From positions 4,278,001 to 4,342,000 of the forward strand of contig NC_135901.1 of the NCBI RefSeq assembly GCF_964194155.1: 64,000 nucleotides of DNA, in the 5' to 3' direction. This document shows, in pieces, positions 61,050 through 64,000 of this stretch; position 1 is the first letter of the stretch; each line of letters begins with the position of its first letter. The notes under the pieces were generated by a model that saw only the letters and a list, made by a program, of their open reading frames with translations, was not told the DNA's origin and searched no databases. A program made the position numbers and the translations under genes. Source of the DNA: Cetorhinus maximus (Eukaryota).

Positions 61050-61530
61050 ACCGGCATTAGCGGAATCTCACCCCCACTTCCCTAGAATCAAACGAAGATT
61101 ATGTGAGTTCGCTCTCTAATGGCGGCCGCAGTACCCACAATACCATACGGCTCAGAAATCGCTCCATCTGCCGCGGGTTGGCCGGGTGGATCGCGCATGC
61201 TCGGAGGGTCCTGGTCTCTTTGTTTGAGGTTGTTCCCGGAGAGAAGCCGGAAGCGGCGGATAGTGAGAGTGGAGAATGTTCATTGTTTAATATTCGGCTC
61301 TGGGGCCGCACTCGGGATTTGTAAACCCCGCCCCCCTGCCCGGGGTTTATTCACCTGACAGTTCACGATGCGCGGCTGATTGACGGCGGAGCTAGACCAA
61401 TAGGAAGAGGGGGCGGGGTTGGAGGCATGAGCACTGACGGCTGATCCTCCAACCAATTAGAGTGAATGAGGGGCGGGGCTGAGTCCAGATCAGCCTCATT
61501 GGCTGAAACTCTGCATCATTTTTAAATGGG
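61050..61530 (-). promoter_or_regulatory. CpG-rich promoter, inverted paralogue of the ZNF-E promoter
   Basis: 61395-61525 is the reverse-complement homologue of 38420-38550; also GCGCATGC, CCGGAAG and a ZNF143-like TACCCACAATAC. Confidence 0.65.
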
Positions 61531-61564
61531 CAATGGGAGATGTCACAGAGCTGGAAGCAGGCAG

Positions 61565-62125
61565 CCTGGAGTATTGTGTGCAGTTTTCGTCTCCTTACCG
61601 AAGAAAGGATATACTTGTCACAGAGGAAGTGACTGCAAAGCTTCACCAGCCTGATTCCTGGGATGGCAGGATTGTTGTATGAGGAGAGTTTTGGGTCGAC
61701 TAGGGCTGTATTCACTAGAGTTCAGAAGAATGAGAGGGGACGTCATTGAAACGTATAAAATTCGGGCAGAAGTGTACAGACTGGATGCAGGGATGATGTT
61801 TCCCCTGGCTGGGTTTGGGGGAGTGAGTGGTGGGGGGCGTCTGGAACAAGGGATCAATCTCAGGATATGGTGCAGGCCATTTAGGACTTAGTTGCGGAGA
61901 AATTTCTTTGCTCAGTGCGTGGTGAACCTGTGGAATTGTCTACCACAAAAGGCTGTGGAGGCCAAATCGCTGAATAGATTTCTAGACATGAAAGGCATCA
62001 AGGGGTTTGGGGAAAGAGGGAGAGTATGATGTTGAGGTAGAGGGTCAGCCATGATCATTTGAATGGAAGAGCAGGCTCGAGGGGCCAAATGGCCTACTCC
62101 TGCTCCTATTTTCTATGTTTCTAAG
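61565..62125 (+). mobile_element. CR1 3' fragment
   Basis: RLGLYSLEFRRMRGDVIETYKI peptide and CR1 tail. Confidence 0.85.
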
Positions 62126-62234
62126 TGTCTATGCCTTGGTAATGGAGCCGATGTTGGTCACAAAATCAGTTCAAGGTGAAATCAACATTGAGATGATGAA
62201 CAATGTGGCTCAGACTCAGGTGGTGGCCAGAATA

Positions 62235-62470
62235 ACAACAGAACAATAGAATCCAACCAATACAGTCAGATGTGAACTTATTGTTGTGTCAGAAGGTTGA
62301 ATGATCGAGTGAATCCCTTCCCAGATTCAGTGCAGGTGAATGGTTTTCTCTCCATTGGTATTTCATCTGATCTTTAGAGCTTTGAAAACTCTTCAAACAG
62401 TGAGAACAATTAAAAGGTCTCTTATCAGACTGAACAACCTGATTGGCAGTGAGGTTGGACACACAAGTGA
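62235..62470 (-). pseudogene. ZNF remnant
   Basis: Decayed fingers plus the cluster's 3' UTR signature. Confidence 0.65.
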
Positions 62471-63084
62471 ATCAGGATCGGATGTGTCAATAAATTTCAG
62501 TTATGGAGCAGCTCTATTAAGAGAAAGGCAGGACAAACTTAAAGACTAAAGGTAAAGTTCAGGCAGTGATTTACAGAACAACGTGAGCTCTATACTTCCC
62601 TTGTCATATCTGGACAGCAGAGCACACTTCTTCCCTTGGAGCTTCCAGTTTTCTTGTGGAGTTTCCAGCTTTCGTGTTTCTTTCTCTTCTTTCCTTTGTT
62701 CTTTTCTCCACTGCACCAAACCCCTCAGGTGGACTGTTCTTATGCTGGAAACCCCCCAACTGGCTCCCCTGAGGCCACCAATCAGAACTGTCCATGGACA
62801 TTTCACTATTCAATCATGTGGCTCTTGTCCAATCACAGGTGTGTTCATGTGAACAGCATTCGCCTGTTGATGAGAGCACACACATATTCCTCTGTGATTA
62901 CATAGAACTTCTGCACTTCCACCATCTCACAGTTCTAAACTCAGACAAGCCGGTTAAAAGCATGACATCACCTCCACAGATTCTACCCTACAGATCAACA
63001 CACAGGCAAAGAAAGAACACAACTTCTGCAGACTATATTAATACACAGTCAAAGAAAGAACAGAATTCTCACAGACTGTATCCG

Positions 63085-63710
63085 GAGAATGGATGACTGA
63101 GTGAAGCTCTTCCCACACACGGAGTAAGTTTTACGGTTTCTGCTCACTGTGAATGTGCTGGTATTTCTGGAAGCTGGATGATTCGATGAATCCCTTCCCA
63201 CACACAGTGCAGGTGAATGGCCTCTCTCCAGTGTGACTGTGCCAATGAGTTCCCAGCCGGGATAGAGAACTGAATCCCTTCTCACAGTCCCCACATTTCC
63301 ACGGTTTCTCCCTGTTGCTTAATCCTTGCTGACAATTCTTATTGACTTACATACTCTTCAAAGTGAAACCTCCATTATGAAATTAAATTATCAAACAACA
63401 GGAATCAAAACAGTGAAATATTTTACAGGCACATCAATAAAAGTTTAATCAATCGACATTGATATTGATGAAGTTTGGAAGTCGCTGAGTTCAATCATTT
63501 CTTACATAGCAGCAGTAACATTTGGTAAAGGGGAATCCACAACAAAGGCTGGTTTGAGACCTACTCAGCAGAGATGACATCTATCATTGAAGCAAAAAGC
63601 AAAGCTTACCTGATGCACAACATAAACCCAACAGCTAAGTACTGTGTGCAGTACCCTGTTACTAGTGTCCATGTGTCTCTCCAGGTTGGATGATCAGTTA
63701 AGCCTTACAC
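63085..63710 (-). pseudogene. ZNF remnant interrupted at about 63315-63660 by an RTE-like fragment
   Basis: EKPWKCGDC-like and GERPFTC-like sequence at 63085-63312; its upstream part resumes at 63663. Confidence 0.7.
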
Positions 63711-63714
63711 AGGA

Positions 63715-64000
63715 TTATATAGGATATACAGCACAGAAAGAAGCCATTCAGCCCAAACAGTGCATGTTGGTGTTTATGTTCCACTCAAGCCACCTCTCAT
63801 CTTTCCACTTCTAAATCTACCATCATGACCTAATATTTCCTTCAGCCACATATGTTTGTCTAGCCTCCCCATGAATACATCTATACTATTCCCTTCACCC
63901 ACTTCCTGTGGTCTTGAGTTCCATATTCTCACCACTCTCTGGGCGAAGAAGTTTCTTCTGAATTCCCTATTGGATTTCTCGGTGACTATCTTATATTGAT
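63715..64000 (-). mobile_element. CR1 3' end, running off the window
   Basis: Reverse-oriented CR1 tail (agaaacttcttcgcccagagagtggtgagaatatggaactc). Confidence 0.75.

Overview
Vertebrate genomic DNA, most likely from a cartilaginous fish (inferred from its SINE, CR1, L2 and Penelope-like repeats). It is a birth-and-death cluster of C2H2 zinc-finger genes with no recognisable KRAB box: about 6 intact ORFs plus pseudogenes and remnants, with CpG-rich promoters carrying ZNF143-, NRF1-, YY1- and CCAAT-like motifs. The main finding is an 11.4-kb head-to-tail array of Tx1-clade (L1-like) retrotransposons at 26317-37712 (minus strand), enclosed by one 17-bp target-site duplication. Both full-length units begin exactly with the first nucleotides of U1 snRNA (ATACTTACCTGGCAGGGGAGA...), preceded by an extra G. 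This U1-derived head is most of a 5' UTR of about 62 nt and can fold into a hairpin that leaves the splice-site-recognition sequence free. Seven bp from that site, three copies of a 140-bp tRNA-headed mini-SINE with two GAAA hairpins sit inside their own single TSD. Degenerate minimal hammerhead-ribozyme motifs of two types are scattered through the window. Repeat family names come from recall of consensus features, not from database searches.
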